This document shows positions 17,549 through 27,565 of a stretch of 64,000 bases of DNA, one piece after another (position 1 is the stretch's first letter; every line of letters begins with the position of its first letter). Source of the DNA: an uncultured bacterium (lineage in GTDB: Bacteria > Babelota > Babeliae > Babelales > JABCYS01). The translations under genes and the position numbers were made by a program. The notes beneath the pieces are model-generated. The model saw nothing but the letters and a program-made list of their open reading frames with translations. It searched no databases and was not told the DNA's origin. The stretch is from assembly GCA_963705705.1 (NCBI GenBank), contig CAVPKK010000004.1, positions 1-64,000 on the forward strand. The letters run 5' to 3'.

Positions 17549-17577
17549 TTGACTGCCAACCAGGCCTTATGTACCTT
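17549..17577 (+). promoter_or_regulatory. Putative sigma70 promoter of the LRR/Sel1 gene pair
   Basis: TTGACT-17 nt-TACCTT. Confidence 0.4.
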
Positions 17578-17658
17578 GAAAAAGCCTTTTAAATTGCCTC
17601 ATTGGTTAATATAAAAGCGCTTCTACGATACAGATAAAGGATGGAGGAAAGAATATCT

Positions 17659-19200
17659 ATGAATTTACGCATATACACATTAGCAGCCCTATTATTAACC
17701 ATGGCTGGCTCAACACAAGCTATTTCGTTCCGAGACTATTACTATGGCAATGCCACCTTGGACATCCCATCACATAAAACGGAAGTTGATGAAGCCGTTG
17801 CGAAAGGCGAGCTAAAGTTAATGGGCAAAAATCTCACCGACTTAATTGATTTTGACGAGACGCATGTACCCGGATTGAGCGGTCTTCGCAATCTTATGCT
17901 TAGTCGCAATAAGCTTACTATTCTTTCGGCTAATACCTTTAATGGTCTAGCCAACCTTCAACAACTTTGGCTCGATTCTAACAAGATCGAGTCTCTACCT
18001 GAACATATTTTTGATAATTTAACTGGGCTCAGCGGCCTTATTCTAGATAACAATAGGTTAACCACGCTCCCTGACGGCATCTTTAATCATCAGTCAAACC
18101 TTGTGGCGCTTTGGCTCATGAATAACCAACTCATTGCGCTTCCCGAAAATATTTTTCATCGACTCACCAGGCTGCGAGAGCTTTGGCTTTACGGTAACCA
18201 ACTCACGATAATTCCTGAAAATATTGTCCATGGGCTACAAGGCTTCCAAGATCTTGATATCTCCGATAATCCAATACATTCATTATCACCTTCGCTAGTG
18301 AATGAGGTAAGATCGCAGATAAAAGCAATGCTTAAGTTTAAAACCAAAGACCAAGAGCAAGCTGAATATCAGTTATTCAACGCCATCAGAAGTGGCTCCT
18401 TGGAATTAGTCCGATATAGATTTAATAGAATCGTAACCCTAAAAGTATGGGAAACATCTAGAATAGATATCTCCAAAATACGAGATGCAAACGGCAATAA
18501 CTTATTGCATGCAACGATTAATGCGCTAGCAAACAAAATAAAAGATATTTCTAACAACCAAACGTTTGCTAATGAAGGCAAAAAAGTAGTTGCACTACAC
18601 ATCGCCCAAAAAATCTATACCAAGATGTTTATGACGCTTACCCAATTCTGCGGACCAAAAGTTCAAGATATGCTCCTCACGCGAAATAAAAATGGCGATG
18701 ATGTTCTTGGAGCGGCCATTGGTATTCTTGGACCCGACAGTCTGTTGGTACATGCCTTACGGCAATATGAACATATACCCACACCTGCTGGGCAACATGC
18801 TTCCCGCTTCACAATAAAAACCCGCGCCGAGACTCAATCCACTCCTATCGCGACGCAGATTACGTTCGATCAAGGAGCTATACAGGAACGTGAAGAAAAG
18901 ACCCTGGAAATAAGAAGACAGGTATACAATAGTGCGTATGAGTCAAAAGAATCTGAAGAAAAGAAGCAAAGAGAAAAAGAAAATGAGCCAAAGGCTCAAC
19001 GTTTGAATGCACTGAAAGTTATGGGATTGTATTCTGATCAAGACGATCATGAAATTATAGCCAAACGATTTAATGCATTATCCGAGGAATACCAACTCCA
19101 AAAATCTTCGCCAACATCTTCCCCTGCACAAAAAGCAGAGGCACAACGAAAGCATGAAATACTCATGCGTGCTTGGGCTTATCTAATGTTTGGAAAATAA
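17659..19200 (+). CDS. Secreted leucine-rich repeat protein with ankyrin-like and degenerate J-like segments
   Basis: 24-aa LxxLxLxxNxLxxLP repeats; RDANGNNLLH; start MNLRIYT follows GGAGG. Confidence 0.85.
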   Translation: MNLRIYTLAALLLTMAGSTQAISFRDYYYGNATLDIPSHKTEVDEAVAKGELKLMGKNLTDLIDFDETHVPGLSGLRNLMLSRNKLTILSANTFNGLANLQQLWLDSNKIESLPEHIFDNLTGLSGLILDNNRLTTLPDGIFNHQSNLVALWLMNNQLIALPENIFHRLTRLRELWLYGNQLTIIPENIVHGLQGFQDLDISDNPIHSLSPSLVNEVRSQIKAMLKFKTKDQEQAEYQLFNAIRSGSLELVRYRFNRIVTLKVWETSRIDISKIRDANGNNLLHATINALANKIKDISNNQTFANEGKKVVALHIAQKIYTKMFMTLTQFCGPKVQDMLLTRNKNGDDVLGAAIGILGPDSLLVHALRQYEHIPTPAGQHASRFTIKTRAETQSTPIATQITFDQGAIQEREEKTLEIRRQVYNSAYESKESEEKKQREKENEPKAQRLNALKVMGLYSDQDDHEIIAKRFNALSEEYQLQKSSPTSSPAQKAEAQRKHEILMRAWAYLMFGK

Positions 19201-19232
19201 GAATCTACTGAAACCTGAAAGAACACACCATC

Positions 19233-20777
19233 ATGAAGTTAAGCATATACACATTAACAGCTCTATTATTAACGATGGCAGGCTCAACGCAAGTTGCTAT
19301 GTCCAGCTCATCAACCAGTAGTGCAATCGGCCAATTGCAAAACAAGACCAAACAGATTCATGCATTAAGAAAACTTGGCAATAACAGCATTTTGCGACGA
19401 GAAGAGTCTGAACCTGCATGGTCACCAATTTATCTAGAGCTTGCTGATGCCTATCGCGCTGATGCAGAAAAAACTAAAGAAGAAAAGGTGCGCAATATCA
19501 AATTCCAACAAGCGCTTAAATGGTATAAAAAAGCATGTGATGCACACAATGAAAAGACTCTCTGGTTTGCACGTGCCCGGCTCATGGAATGTTTATTGCT
19601 TGGCTATGACACAAGAGAAGATTTCGAACTAGTAAAGAAAGAAATCGATGCCTTAATTACTCAGAAGGATTGTTCTTCAGCCAAACAAATCGCCAATATG
19701 CGTCGCGGCCAAATGTATTACTTGGGACAGGGTATTCCATTCACGAAATTTAATCGGGAGCTCGGCAAACAAATTCTCCAGAATGAAGCTAATTCAGCTA
19801 ATAGATATACCTCAAAACTTGCCCAGGCATATTTGGCATCTCGGCAAACTGATGACACAAATTTAGAGGACATAAGAGATTTGTGGTTGTCATCACTTTG
19901 GCAAATTGAAGCAAAACAGCTTTTCCAGTTTATCAGCCATAGGCATCAAATTGCCCACGATCTTGAAGATTTTTCGCCACAATGTGTACGATTACTCGGT
20001 AAGTCAATGCAACTGCAAAGTAGTCAGGGACCATTCTTCGCATCCGAACTCTCCGAGATCAATAAATTATCTACCGAGCTTTTAGCTCAGAACCATGTCG
20101 CGGCAGTTCGCCTTGATGCCTATTCATGGTTAATACAACACAGTATCAAGAATCATGACGCAAAAGTGCTGCCAAACATTTTCTCCAAAATTATGCAGGA
20201 ACCTCTTGGAATACGAGAGGAGTTCGCAGAGATCATCTTGAATACATTCCGCCCAAAAGTGACTTTAACTGAGAATGGTCAAAGTTACTCCTACGTTGAG
20301 TTTCCAAGGAACCATAAACAGGTTTTGGAAAACCTGCTGAACAGTATCCAATATGAGGCTGCAATGCCAAATACATCCATGACCGATAAGGTTGTGGCTT
20401 TGCTGAAGCTTTGTATATGGTATGCTCAAAATCCGGCGCTTCTATTCGATGACCATCGAGAGATGTCTCGGACTATTTTGAATAGTTTGTTAAATACGCA
20501 AAGACTTCATGTATTGGATCGCGAACTGACAATCGATGAATATAGGCAGCTAAAACATATTGTATTTGAGCTGATTCGCGAAAAGGTACCGCATCTATCG
20601 AGCCGAATGCAAAGAGCTAATACAATAACGGATGTACTTGAACTATTGCGTAGCTACTATGAAAGACAGATCAATCATAGAGTCACTGCGGAATCAATAC
20701 AGCGGGATGTTTTTGAGGCGCCAAATCCTGACATGCATCTTCTCGAACAAGCTGAAAATGGCGATGAAGATGAATAA
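19233..20777 (+). CDS. Secreted helical protein with Sel1-like repeats
   Basis: Signal peptide; LELADAY..QALKWYKKAC and RGQMYYLGQGI resemble Sel1 repeats. Confidence 0.6.
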   Translation: MKLSIYTLTALLLTMAGSTQVAMSSSSTSSAIGQLQNKTKQIHALRKLGNNSILRREESEPAWSPIYLELADAYRADAEKTKEEKVRNIKFQQALKWYKKACDAHNEKTLWFARARLMECLLLGYDTREDFELVKKEIDALITQKDCSSAKQIANMRRGQMYYLGQGIPFTKFNRELGKQILQNEANSANRYTSKLAQAYLASRQTDDTNLEDIRDLWLSSLWQIEAKQLFQFISHRHQIAHDLEDFSPQCVRLLGKSMQLQSSQGPFFASELSEINKLSTELLAQNHVAAVRLDAYSWLIQHSIKNHDAKVLPNIFSKIMQEPLGIREEFAEIILNTFRPKVTLTENGQSYSYVEFPRNHKQVLENLLNSIQYEAAMPNTSMTDKVVALLKLCIWYAQNPALLFDDHREMSRTILNSLLNTQRLHVLDRELTIDEYRQLKHIVFELIREKVPHLSSRMQRANTITDVLELLRSYYERQINHRVTAESIQRDVFEAPNPDMHLLEQAENGDEDE

Positions 20778-20870
20778 CTGTCAGACTATCCGAGACAAAT
20801 CTGAAATTGACTATTGTCACCAGCATTCGCTTGAAGCTGCACTGCAATATGTTGATCCAACCTAGCGAAA

Positions 20871-20941
20871 CTTGGTCATTCGTGCCACCCTTTCTTTCGC
20901 TGCGCTCGCTGGGAAAATAAATTTTCCCGACTCGCTTCGCT
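20871..20941. repeat. Second palindromic repeat family copy
   Basis: TCGCTGCGCTCGCTGGGAAAA-TAAA-TTTTCCCGACTCGCTTCGC, matches 11724-11765. Confidence 0.75.
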
Positions 20942-21005
20942 TAATATTGCATCCGAGTCACCGATACCCTAAACTATCCCGATTAATTAAGTAATCATTC
21001 CTTCG

Positions 21006-22967
21006 ATGCATCTTGCACGCAAAACAATACGATCGTGGGCTCCAGCAATGGCATTTCTGATCATTTGGGCATTTCTTTTTTTCACCTCAGGATCAATTGT
21101 CGCCTCGCCATCCGTCCCTGCAGCACCAACCCTCTACCAACAAATTGCTCAAATTTATCTGCCGAGTATGAGCCAACTTACAGCTGATTCGCAAACGATA
21201 GCGACTTCAGAACCAGTTTTGCTGGCGCTCAATGAAATTGATCAACGAGAAGTTGCCTTTGCCATCGTGGGCACTGAGGCCCAAGTCGGCCATGAAAATC
21301 AGCCGCCAGATCTTGTTACCTGGCAAAATCTTGAGCTATTTGATGGAGCCAACCTATGCTCAACCCTAAACCGTGCAAGCACAAAGTTAGGTGAAGCCTT
21401 TTTCGCTGGCTTAATAGCACAGCCAACCAATCAATTTACTGAAATCCGACGACGCCAAAATATAGTTCGTTCATTGCTTGAAGCGCGCGATTTACGTGTC
21501 ATTATTGCAAAAGTATGTGCACAGATTCACCAATTAGAACCAGCGTTACTTCATCTTTGGAAACGAGAAAATCCCCATATTGAAGAAGCTATTCGGTGGC
21601 TATATATACCTGAGTTAATTACAAACCATCTGCCTTCATTACAATACCAACCTGGTTTATTGGAACTCTGGCGGCGCCAAGAAGATTTGGGATCTCTTTT
21701 ATTTATGCCAGGCGCCGTTATTAGCCTGAGTTATTTTCTTGATCGCGCAAATCTATGGGATGAGCTTAAGGCACCATTTTTGAATAAAGCTACCGTTTCG
21801 CCATATAAAATGTGGCGTAACTTTGTTTACAGCTGGGTCAGTGTTATTTCAGGTATTTACAGCATACCTACCGCGGCCCATTACACCTACCAACATTTCA
21901 CCTTCATTCATCGCAATCTCAAATACCTGCATACACGCTACCAGCCATTGGCCGAGGCCGTGCAACTAATGTACGACCTTTATGTGGCATTGCTTGCCAA
22001 TTTCGATGTGATTAAAAACATTGATGAGTGCAAGCCACTTATCGATCTTTTTTCGCAAAAAGATAATCCGTTACTAGCGCAATTACTCATCGAGCTGCAA
22101 CAGTTAAAAGGACCATTCTCATACTGGACCAGCACGGGACGCGTTTTAAGCATTCATACCCTTACAAAGAAGTGTCTCAACCAATTAACCCCTGCCCTTG
22201 CCTCCATTGGCGCCCTTGATGCCTACATAGGAGTTACACGGCTCGTGCGCGAAGTGCCAAATGAACGGGCACGGTTCTCATTCCCCAATATGATCGCATC
22301 AGAAAAGCCCATGCTTCAACTGGTAGATTTTTGGAATCCATTTGTTTCTCGATACCTGGCGGTGCCGAACTCGCTCACACTCGGCGGCGGAAACGCCCCT
22401 AATGGCATCATATTAACTGGGCAAAATACTGGCGGTAAATCTACCGTTCTAAAAGGCGTCGCACTTTCACTCTGGCTGGGGCAAACCATTGGTATTTGTC
22501 CTGCACGTCAGGCTGCCTTTACCCCATTTGATAGCATAAGCACCTATTTAAACATCACGGATAAAAATGGCGTGAAAGAAGGTAAATCGCTCTTTGCTGC
22601 CGAAGTTGCGCGCGCAAAAGAAATAGCTGATAGCATAAAAGCTTTAGCACCTAGTCAAAAAGCTTTTTTAATCATTGATGAAGCGTTCAAAGGAACCGGT
22701 GGTGAGGCTGAGGGGCTTTCGTATTGGTATGGCGAGCAACTAGCTGCACTGACGAACCTACTGTGCCTCAACGCAACTCATTATCCAAAATTGACCAAAC
22801 TCGAAGATGTAACCGGTGGGCTGTACCAAAACTATAAAGTTGAAGTATTAGTTGATGCTAATAATAAACTTATTAGGCCATACAAGCTTGAAAAAGGTGC
22901 GACTTATTACAACATAGCCGAATATATTCTTATCGAACAAGGCTTGAAACCGGCACGGGTGAAATAA
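21006..22967 (+). CDS. MutS-family ATPase (domains III/V only) with N-terminal signal peptide
   Basis: LTGQNTGGKST, SLFAAEV, IIDEAFKGT, ATHY; no mismatch-binding domain I recognisable. Confidence 0.85.
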   Translation: MHLARKTIRSWAPAMAFLIIWAFLFFTSGSIVASPSVPAAPTLYQQIAQIYLPSMSQLTADSQTIATSEPVLLALNEIDQREVAFAIVGTEAQVGHENQPPDLVTWQNLELFDGANLCSTLNRASTKLGEAFFAGLIAQPTNQFTEIRRRQNIVRSLLEARDLRVIIAKVCAQIHQLEPALLHLWKRENPHIEEAIRWLYIPELITNHLPSLQYQPGLLELWRRQEDLGSLLFMPGAVISLSYFLDRANLWDELKAPFLNKATVSPYKMWRNFVYSWVSVISGIYSIPTAAHYTYQHFTFIHRNLKYLHTRYQPLAEAVQLMYDLYVALLANFDVIKNIDECKPLIDLFSQKDNPLLAQLLIELQQLKGPFSYWTSTGRVLSIHTLTKKCLNQLTPALASIGALDAYIGVTRLVREVPNERARFSFPNMIASEKPMLQLVDFWNPFVSRYLAVPNSLTLGGGNAPNGIILTGQNTGGKSTVLKGVALSLWLGQTIGICPARQAAFTPFDSISTYLNITDKNGVKEGKSLFAAEVARAKEIADSIKALAPSQKAFLIIDEAFKGTGGEAEGLSYWYGEQLAALTNLLCLNATHYPKLTKLEDVTGGLYQNYKVEVLVDANNKLIRPYKLEKGATYYNIAEYILIEQGLKPARVK

Positions 22968-23121
22968 AGACATAAATGGTCTTAGTCTTATCAAAACAAT
23001 GGTCTACAAAGAAATACCACCGTCACCCTCCTATCATGTTTTTATTGCATTCTTTATAGCATTTTTGATACCATCAAATTAATTAAACAACCCAAAATAA
23101 GCATCTAAAAAAGGAGAAGCT

Positions 23122-23589
23122 ATGTTACATCGCCTACTTGTCGTTTCCATCTGTGCGGTTGCCATTGGTACCGCGTATGCAACCACCGACACATCAGCAA
23201 CCAAGACAAATAACTGGGTCTTTGCCAACCAAAATAGTTGGGACAAGGAGCATGCGCATGAATTGCATTGGAGTACTCACAAACTAAATCCAGATTCAAT
23301 AGTGAGCGTGAAAAAGGTCGACGAGGGTTATCCAGAACACTATGAAGCCCTATTGAAAGATGGCACTCGCATTAAACTGTATGGGTATTCAGAAGCAGGA
23401 GTAAAAAAAGCGTATATCATACCGATGCCGAACAATAACCCTAAAGAATTGGGCGTATTCTATTATCAAGATTATGATTATATCCCAACTAGTCCCGAAA
23501 ATTATGAACTCGTAGACAAGATGTACAAAGCACAAAGAAAAGAAGCAAAACGACCACCAAAATTGATTATTCCAAGAAGATTAGCTTAA
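23122..23589 (+). CDS. Hypothetical secreted protein
   Basis: AAGGAG RBS, signal peptide ending AYA. Confidence 0.75.
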   Translation: MLHRLLVVSICAVAIGTAYATTDTSATKTNNWVFANQNSWDKEHAHELHWSTHKLNPDSIVSVKKVDEGYPEHYEALLKDGTRIKLYGYSEAGVKKAYIIPMPNNNPKELGVFYYQDYDYIPTSPENYELVDKMYKAQRKEAKRPPKLIIPRRLA

Positions 23590-23787
23590 TCTCCCTCGCC
23601 TTCTTTGGCTGTTTCCTCAGGCTTTGTTGATTTCACTCATTTTTATGGGTTCGGGGATTGGGCGTCACTCTATTTTTTCACGTTTTTAACCAATCTTTTG
23701 GCTGTCAATTGTGAATGCCAACCCCCCCTACCCTTTTTACATATAGAAATCTTCCTGATATTTTATTGACTATAATTGGAGGAAATT

Positions 23788-24387
23788 ATGATCAATAAAA
23801 ATCAACTACTATTTATAACCAGTCTTTTCCTATCTATGCCGCTAATGGCCATGGATCTGAGCAATACAAAACCGCTAGAAAATGTCAGTGAAACGACCCC
23901 TTTGTTGGCAGAAGGCGCCAAAAACGAACTTGGCTGCTCTAGTATTGTCATTACAATGAATGAAAATAATGACTTTCAGCCTTCAATTGAAAAAAAGAAG
24001 GCTAAGAACAAAAATAATGAAGATGATGATGATGAAGGTGAAGAGAAGAATAAAAAGCCATTATCATTACCAGCACAGTTAGCCATAATTACTGCAATCG
24101 CTGCCCCTACTATTTATCTTTCACAGGCTAATCCGCAATCTCTTTTGCGTCACTATATGGCACGCGCGCTAGGCGACTCAGTTAATGGAAGCTTAAAGAA
24201 CACCAAGTGGTATATAAAATATGGCGTTTTAACCTTGATCTGCGCCGCAGCTTATGGCCTCGATATGGAAACCGGCTCTATGTTTTTATTAGGTGAGCTT
24301 GGAAGTACTTTGCTTGCTCGTCCATTGACCCGAGAACTTCGAAATTTTGTAGGTGGCGACGACGGAAAAGGCAAACGGAACAGATAA
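23788..24387 (+). CDS. Hypothetical secreted/membrane protein with acidic tract
   Basis: GGAGG RBS, signal peptide ..LMAMD, EDDDDEGEE tract, hydrophobic C-terminal helices. Confidence 0.75.
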   Translation: MINKNQLLFITSLFLSMPLMAMDLSNTKPLENVSETTPLLAEGAKNELGCSSIVITMNENNDFQPSIEKKKAKNKNNEDDDDEGEEKNKKPLSLPAQLAIITAIAAPTIYLSQANPQSLLRHYMARALGDSVNGSLKNTKWYIKYGVLTLICAAAYGLDMETGSMFLLGELGSTLLARPLTRELRNFVGGDDGKGKRNR

Positions 24388-24573
24388 ATCATTGGTTCGA
24401 TGACAATTTGCCACTAAATGCGCCCTCTACTAGTTTACGTATACGAAGAATATGGTAGATTTTCAGCACCATAATACATACAGATATACTATCGGACCGT
24501 GGAAAAGAGGGTACCGCATAAATTTATTGGGCTCCCACGCGGGGGCCCATTTTTGACCTTTATAAGGAACATC

Positions 24574-25008
24574 ATGAATATAAGATTGATCTTTCTAACT
24601 GCGCTGGCAGATATATTATTTTCAAGCCTGATGGCAACGAGCAATGCGCCCCGATTGGCGCCATGGCCTATTGTTGCAAAAGGAATGAATAAAGAAGGTG
24701 CTACATTTCTTAAAAAGCGCCTAAACATTAAATATGTACCATTACATATGCAACGATACATAGCCCAAAATTTTGAATATTTGGAAGGTGACAGCCTGGA
24801 ACATACAGATGCCCAACCAATATCAGCGCCAAGAAATTGCACATCACCAAGCCAGGAGAAGCTTGAGGCATTTGCAAATGCATTGGATATGGCAGTGAAA
24901 ATCCAAAACCAATTATCTTCGCCTCCAGTAGATCTTTCAGAAGAAGATCAAATGTATGATGAATGGGATCGCATGCTTTACGGCGAAGAAAAAGAAAATA
25001 CAAAATAA
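24574..25008 (+). CDS. Hypothetical secreted protein
   Basis: AAGGA RBS before MNIRLIF; followed by a terminator. Confidence 0.65.
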   Translation: MNIRLIFLTALADILFSSLMATSNAPRLAPWPIVAKGMNKEGATFLKKRLNIKYVPLHMQRYIAQNFEYLEGDSLEHTDAQPISAPRNCTSPSQEKLEAFANALDMAVKIQNQLSSPPVDLSEEDQMYDEWDRMLYGEEKENTK

Positions 25009-25013
25009 TCAGC

Positions 25014-25042
25014 AGGGCCTCATTTTGAGGCCCTATTTTTTT
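25014..25042 (+). terminator. Intrinsic terminator
   Basis: AGGGCCTCA-TTT-TGAGGCCCT then a T-tract; between convergent genes. Confidence 0.7.
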
Positions 25043-25464
25043 GCCTGCCAATCAATTGCACGCTCAAACTCTGAAATGTAATCCAAATTTATGTGGCACA
25101 CATGGTGATGTATCAGATCGCCAAGAATTTCTGGCCACTCGATGAAGGCCCATGAATTTGGCGCATATAGATATTCATCAAACCCCAATTCATAAAATTG
25201 ATCGGCCGTGGTTAGACGATACAAATCGAAGTGATAAAAGCGCATATTCTCTTTTTTATAGACATTTACGTAGGTGAACGTCGGGCTTTGAACCGGTCCC
25301 TCGACGCCTGCGATATGAAGGATTTCGCGCACCAAGGTTGTCTTTCCAGCGCCTAATGAGCCAGTTAAGGTATATACCTGGCAGGTATCATGAAGTGCCC
25401 ATAGCTGTTGGGCTATATGTGGCAGTTGGTCTAAGGTAAAGATCTTTCTTGATTGATTTGTCAT
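25033..25464 (-). CDS. tsaE: tRNA threonylcarbamoyladenosine biosynthesis ATPase TsaE
   Basis: GSLGAGKTT, VQSPTF, HFDLYRL, IEWPE. Confidence 0.96.
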   Translation of the reverse strand: MTNQSRKIFTLDQLPHIAQQLWALHDTCQVYTLTGSLGAGKTTLVREILHIAGVEGPVQSPTFTYVNVYKKENMRFYHFDLYRLTTADQFYELGFDEYLYAPNSWAFIEWPEILGDLIHHHVCHINLDYISEFERAIDWQAKK

Positions 25465-25554
25465 TTCATACCTGTTTCAGCAGCCTTTTTTCTTCTAACT
25501 CTTCGAAAAATATGTAATATTATAGCGGTTTTTTATACAGCATAAGGATACAGC

Positions 25555-25980
25555 ATGAACCGCAAGCAGCTACTTTTCCTAAGCGTAATGATTACAACCA
25601 TTCCATCATTTGCCATGGATGCAGAAAATATGAGAAAGCATGAAGCTTTTATCATGAACTGCCGCACCTTAGAGCAGCGAGCGCGCATCCAAGTCAAAGA
25701 AACAGTAAATGAAATACTATGTCGTACTGACAATTCACAATGTGGTCTGCAAACAGATTGGCTCTTTTTTAAATATGTGGCACTCAACATCTTCGCAGAA
25801 AAAGCGCACGCGGGCGATTTTACTGATGTCGTGCTACGCGATTTTGTCAAAGATGAACGGGCGTGGTGGAAAGAGGCCGAAGGCGAATACTCAGCTCACT
25901 GGTTACTACCTATCGAGCGGCGGATGCCTGAGTATTATAAAGAAATAATGACCAAGTTGGATGCGCTTAAAAGCAGCTAG
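25555..25980 (+). CDS. Hypothetical secreted protein
   Basis: AAGGA RBS, signal peptide ..SFAMD. Confidence 0.7.
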   Translation: MNRKQLLFLSVMITTIPSFAMDAENMRKHEAFIMNCRTLEQRARIQVKETVNEILCRTDNSQCGLQTDWLFFKYVALNIFAEKAHAGDFTDVVLRDFVKDERAWWKEAEGEYSAHWLLPIERRMPEYYKEIMTKLDALKSS

Positions 25981-26559
25981 TTACAACTTTTTCAACACCC
26001 TACTTTGCTTCTTCTCTTTTTTTGATGGCGTATGCTTCACCCTTAATTGCATTGCTACGTCCTCTTCTTTTATGGGCAGCCGCCTAGTTTCTTGTTCCAT
26101 AACCGACGCCAATTCCTGGTCAGCTGCGTGATCATGCAACCGCTTTACGTGGTCGCCGCTGATAATTTCCTTCTTGATCGCAAGTTTCTGATCAATCAAA
26201 AGGCGGGCAAAGGTTTGTGAATCTACCGCTTCAATCCCGAGCATTTTAGCATGCTTTATTAATGCGTTGTCAGACGAAATTAAAACCATATCCTTTTTTG
26301 CATCATCTAACACACGTTTAATGTAATCGTCCGCGGTTTCATTGTAGCCAACATGAACAATGGTCAGACCATTATGGCGCTCATGAGTAGCGATAGGCAA
26401 CGGACCGCCATCAAACACCACAACTAACTTATGGCCTTTATGCGCCGCATATTTGGTCAGTTGGGCAATAAAATATTGCTTGTCGCGTTCATCAGGCTGC
26501 TTAGACTTGGCCTTTATGACCACATGCAGTAGATTATAGGCATCGATTATTAAATACAT
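25981..26559 (-). CDS. YacP/Rae1-like NYN (PIN) domain protein
   Basis: LIIDAYNL, VVFDG, TADDYI, SSDNAL. Confidence 0.85.
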   Translation of the reverse strand: MYLIIDAYNLLHVVIKAKSKQPDERDKQYFIAQLTKYAAHKGHKLVVVFDGGPLPIATHERHNGLTIVHVGYNETADDYIKRVLDDAKKDMVLISSDNALIKHAKMLGIEAVDSQTFARLLIDQKLAIKKEIISGDHVKRLHDHAADQELASVMEQETRRLPIKEEDVAMQLRVKHTPSKKEKKQSRVLKKL

Positions 26560-26596
26560 CGGTCAATCTCCAAAATATTTTGCCAAGTACAACAAA

Positions 26597-27514
26597 ATGA
26601 CGCAATTAATTCAAATGCGTTCGCGCATTAAGGCTATTAATACGATTGCAAAAATTACACATGCCATGCAATTAATTGCCATGGCAGACCACATCCGGCT
26701 ACGCGAGCGCAAATCAAATTTTGAACGTTATCAGCACGCCATTGGTGATCTGCTTCGTCAATTAACTATGATGCGCAAAAAAACTGAGCAAGACGAACAT
26801 TATCTGGCGACGTCTAAAAAGGCGGAAAAAGTTCTTCTAATTATTATTGGTTCACAAAAAGGTTTGTGCGGTTCATTCAACAGCAACGTATTATACGAAG
26901 TTGGCAAAATGCTAAGCACGGAAACTTATGAGCAAGCGGATCTCGTTATCATTGGGAAAAAGGTAAAGGATTACTTCAAGCCGTTTCGCCAGAATCTACC
27001 ATTCCAAACAAGAATTGTCGCTGAATACAATGATTTTGTTTGGGCAAACATGGGCACGATCGGCAAATCAATTTTAGCTCAGGCGCTTGACCCAGAACTT
27101 GGCTACACCAAAGTTGTATTATACGGTAATCGGCCAGAAGGTTTTTTTTCGCAGCGAATTATTGCCACGCAACTCTTTCCGATTGTGCCAGTTACTGAGT
27201 TAACCACCATGGTCGCGGAATTATCACCCGATGAATCAGCGCTCGATCTTAGGGCATTAGCGGCTGAACAAAAAGAAGGAGTTATGCAGGATCCAGAAGT
27301 TATTTTTGTTGCCGTAGAACAACTATATCTTTTATCAACCGTTGAATTTGTACTCTTACAATCGCTCTTGGCTGAGCAGGCATCACGATTTGTTTCCATG
27401 GATGCCGCGACGCGTAATACTAAAAAACTTCGTGAGACCATGCAGATACAATTTAATAAATTGCGTCAGGGTAAAATAACCAAGGAACTCACTGAGCTGG
27501 CGAGTAATGTCTGA
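26597..27514 (+). CDS. atpG: F1 ATP synthase gamma subunit (stand-alone)
   Basis: KITHAMQLIA, KGLCGSFN, EQASRFVSMDAATRN, RQGKITKELTEL. Confidence 0.95.
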   Translation: MTQLIQMRSRIKAINTIAKITHAMQLIAMADHIRLRERKSNFERYQHAIGDLLRQLTMMRKKTEQDEHYLATSKKAEKVLLIIIGSQKGLCGSFNSNVLYEVGKMLSTETYEQADLVIIGKKVKDYFKPFRQNLPFQTRIVAEYNDFVWANMGTIGKSILAQALDPELGYTKVVLYGNRPEGFFSQRIIATQLFPIVPVTELTTMVAELSPDESALDLRALAAEQKEGVMQDPEVIFVAVEQLYLLSTVEFVLLQSLLAEQASRFVSMDAATRNTKKLRETMQIQFNKLRQGKITKELTELASNV

Positions 27515-27565
27515 GATTAGGAATCTATTAAGCTTAGTTATTATCCGACGCGGTCGTAGAAAGCT

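Noticed and set aside
21006..22967. Canonical mutS or mutS2 symbol for the two MutS-like genes
   Set aside because: No mismatch-binding domain I, no Smr domain, and export leaders are present.
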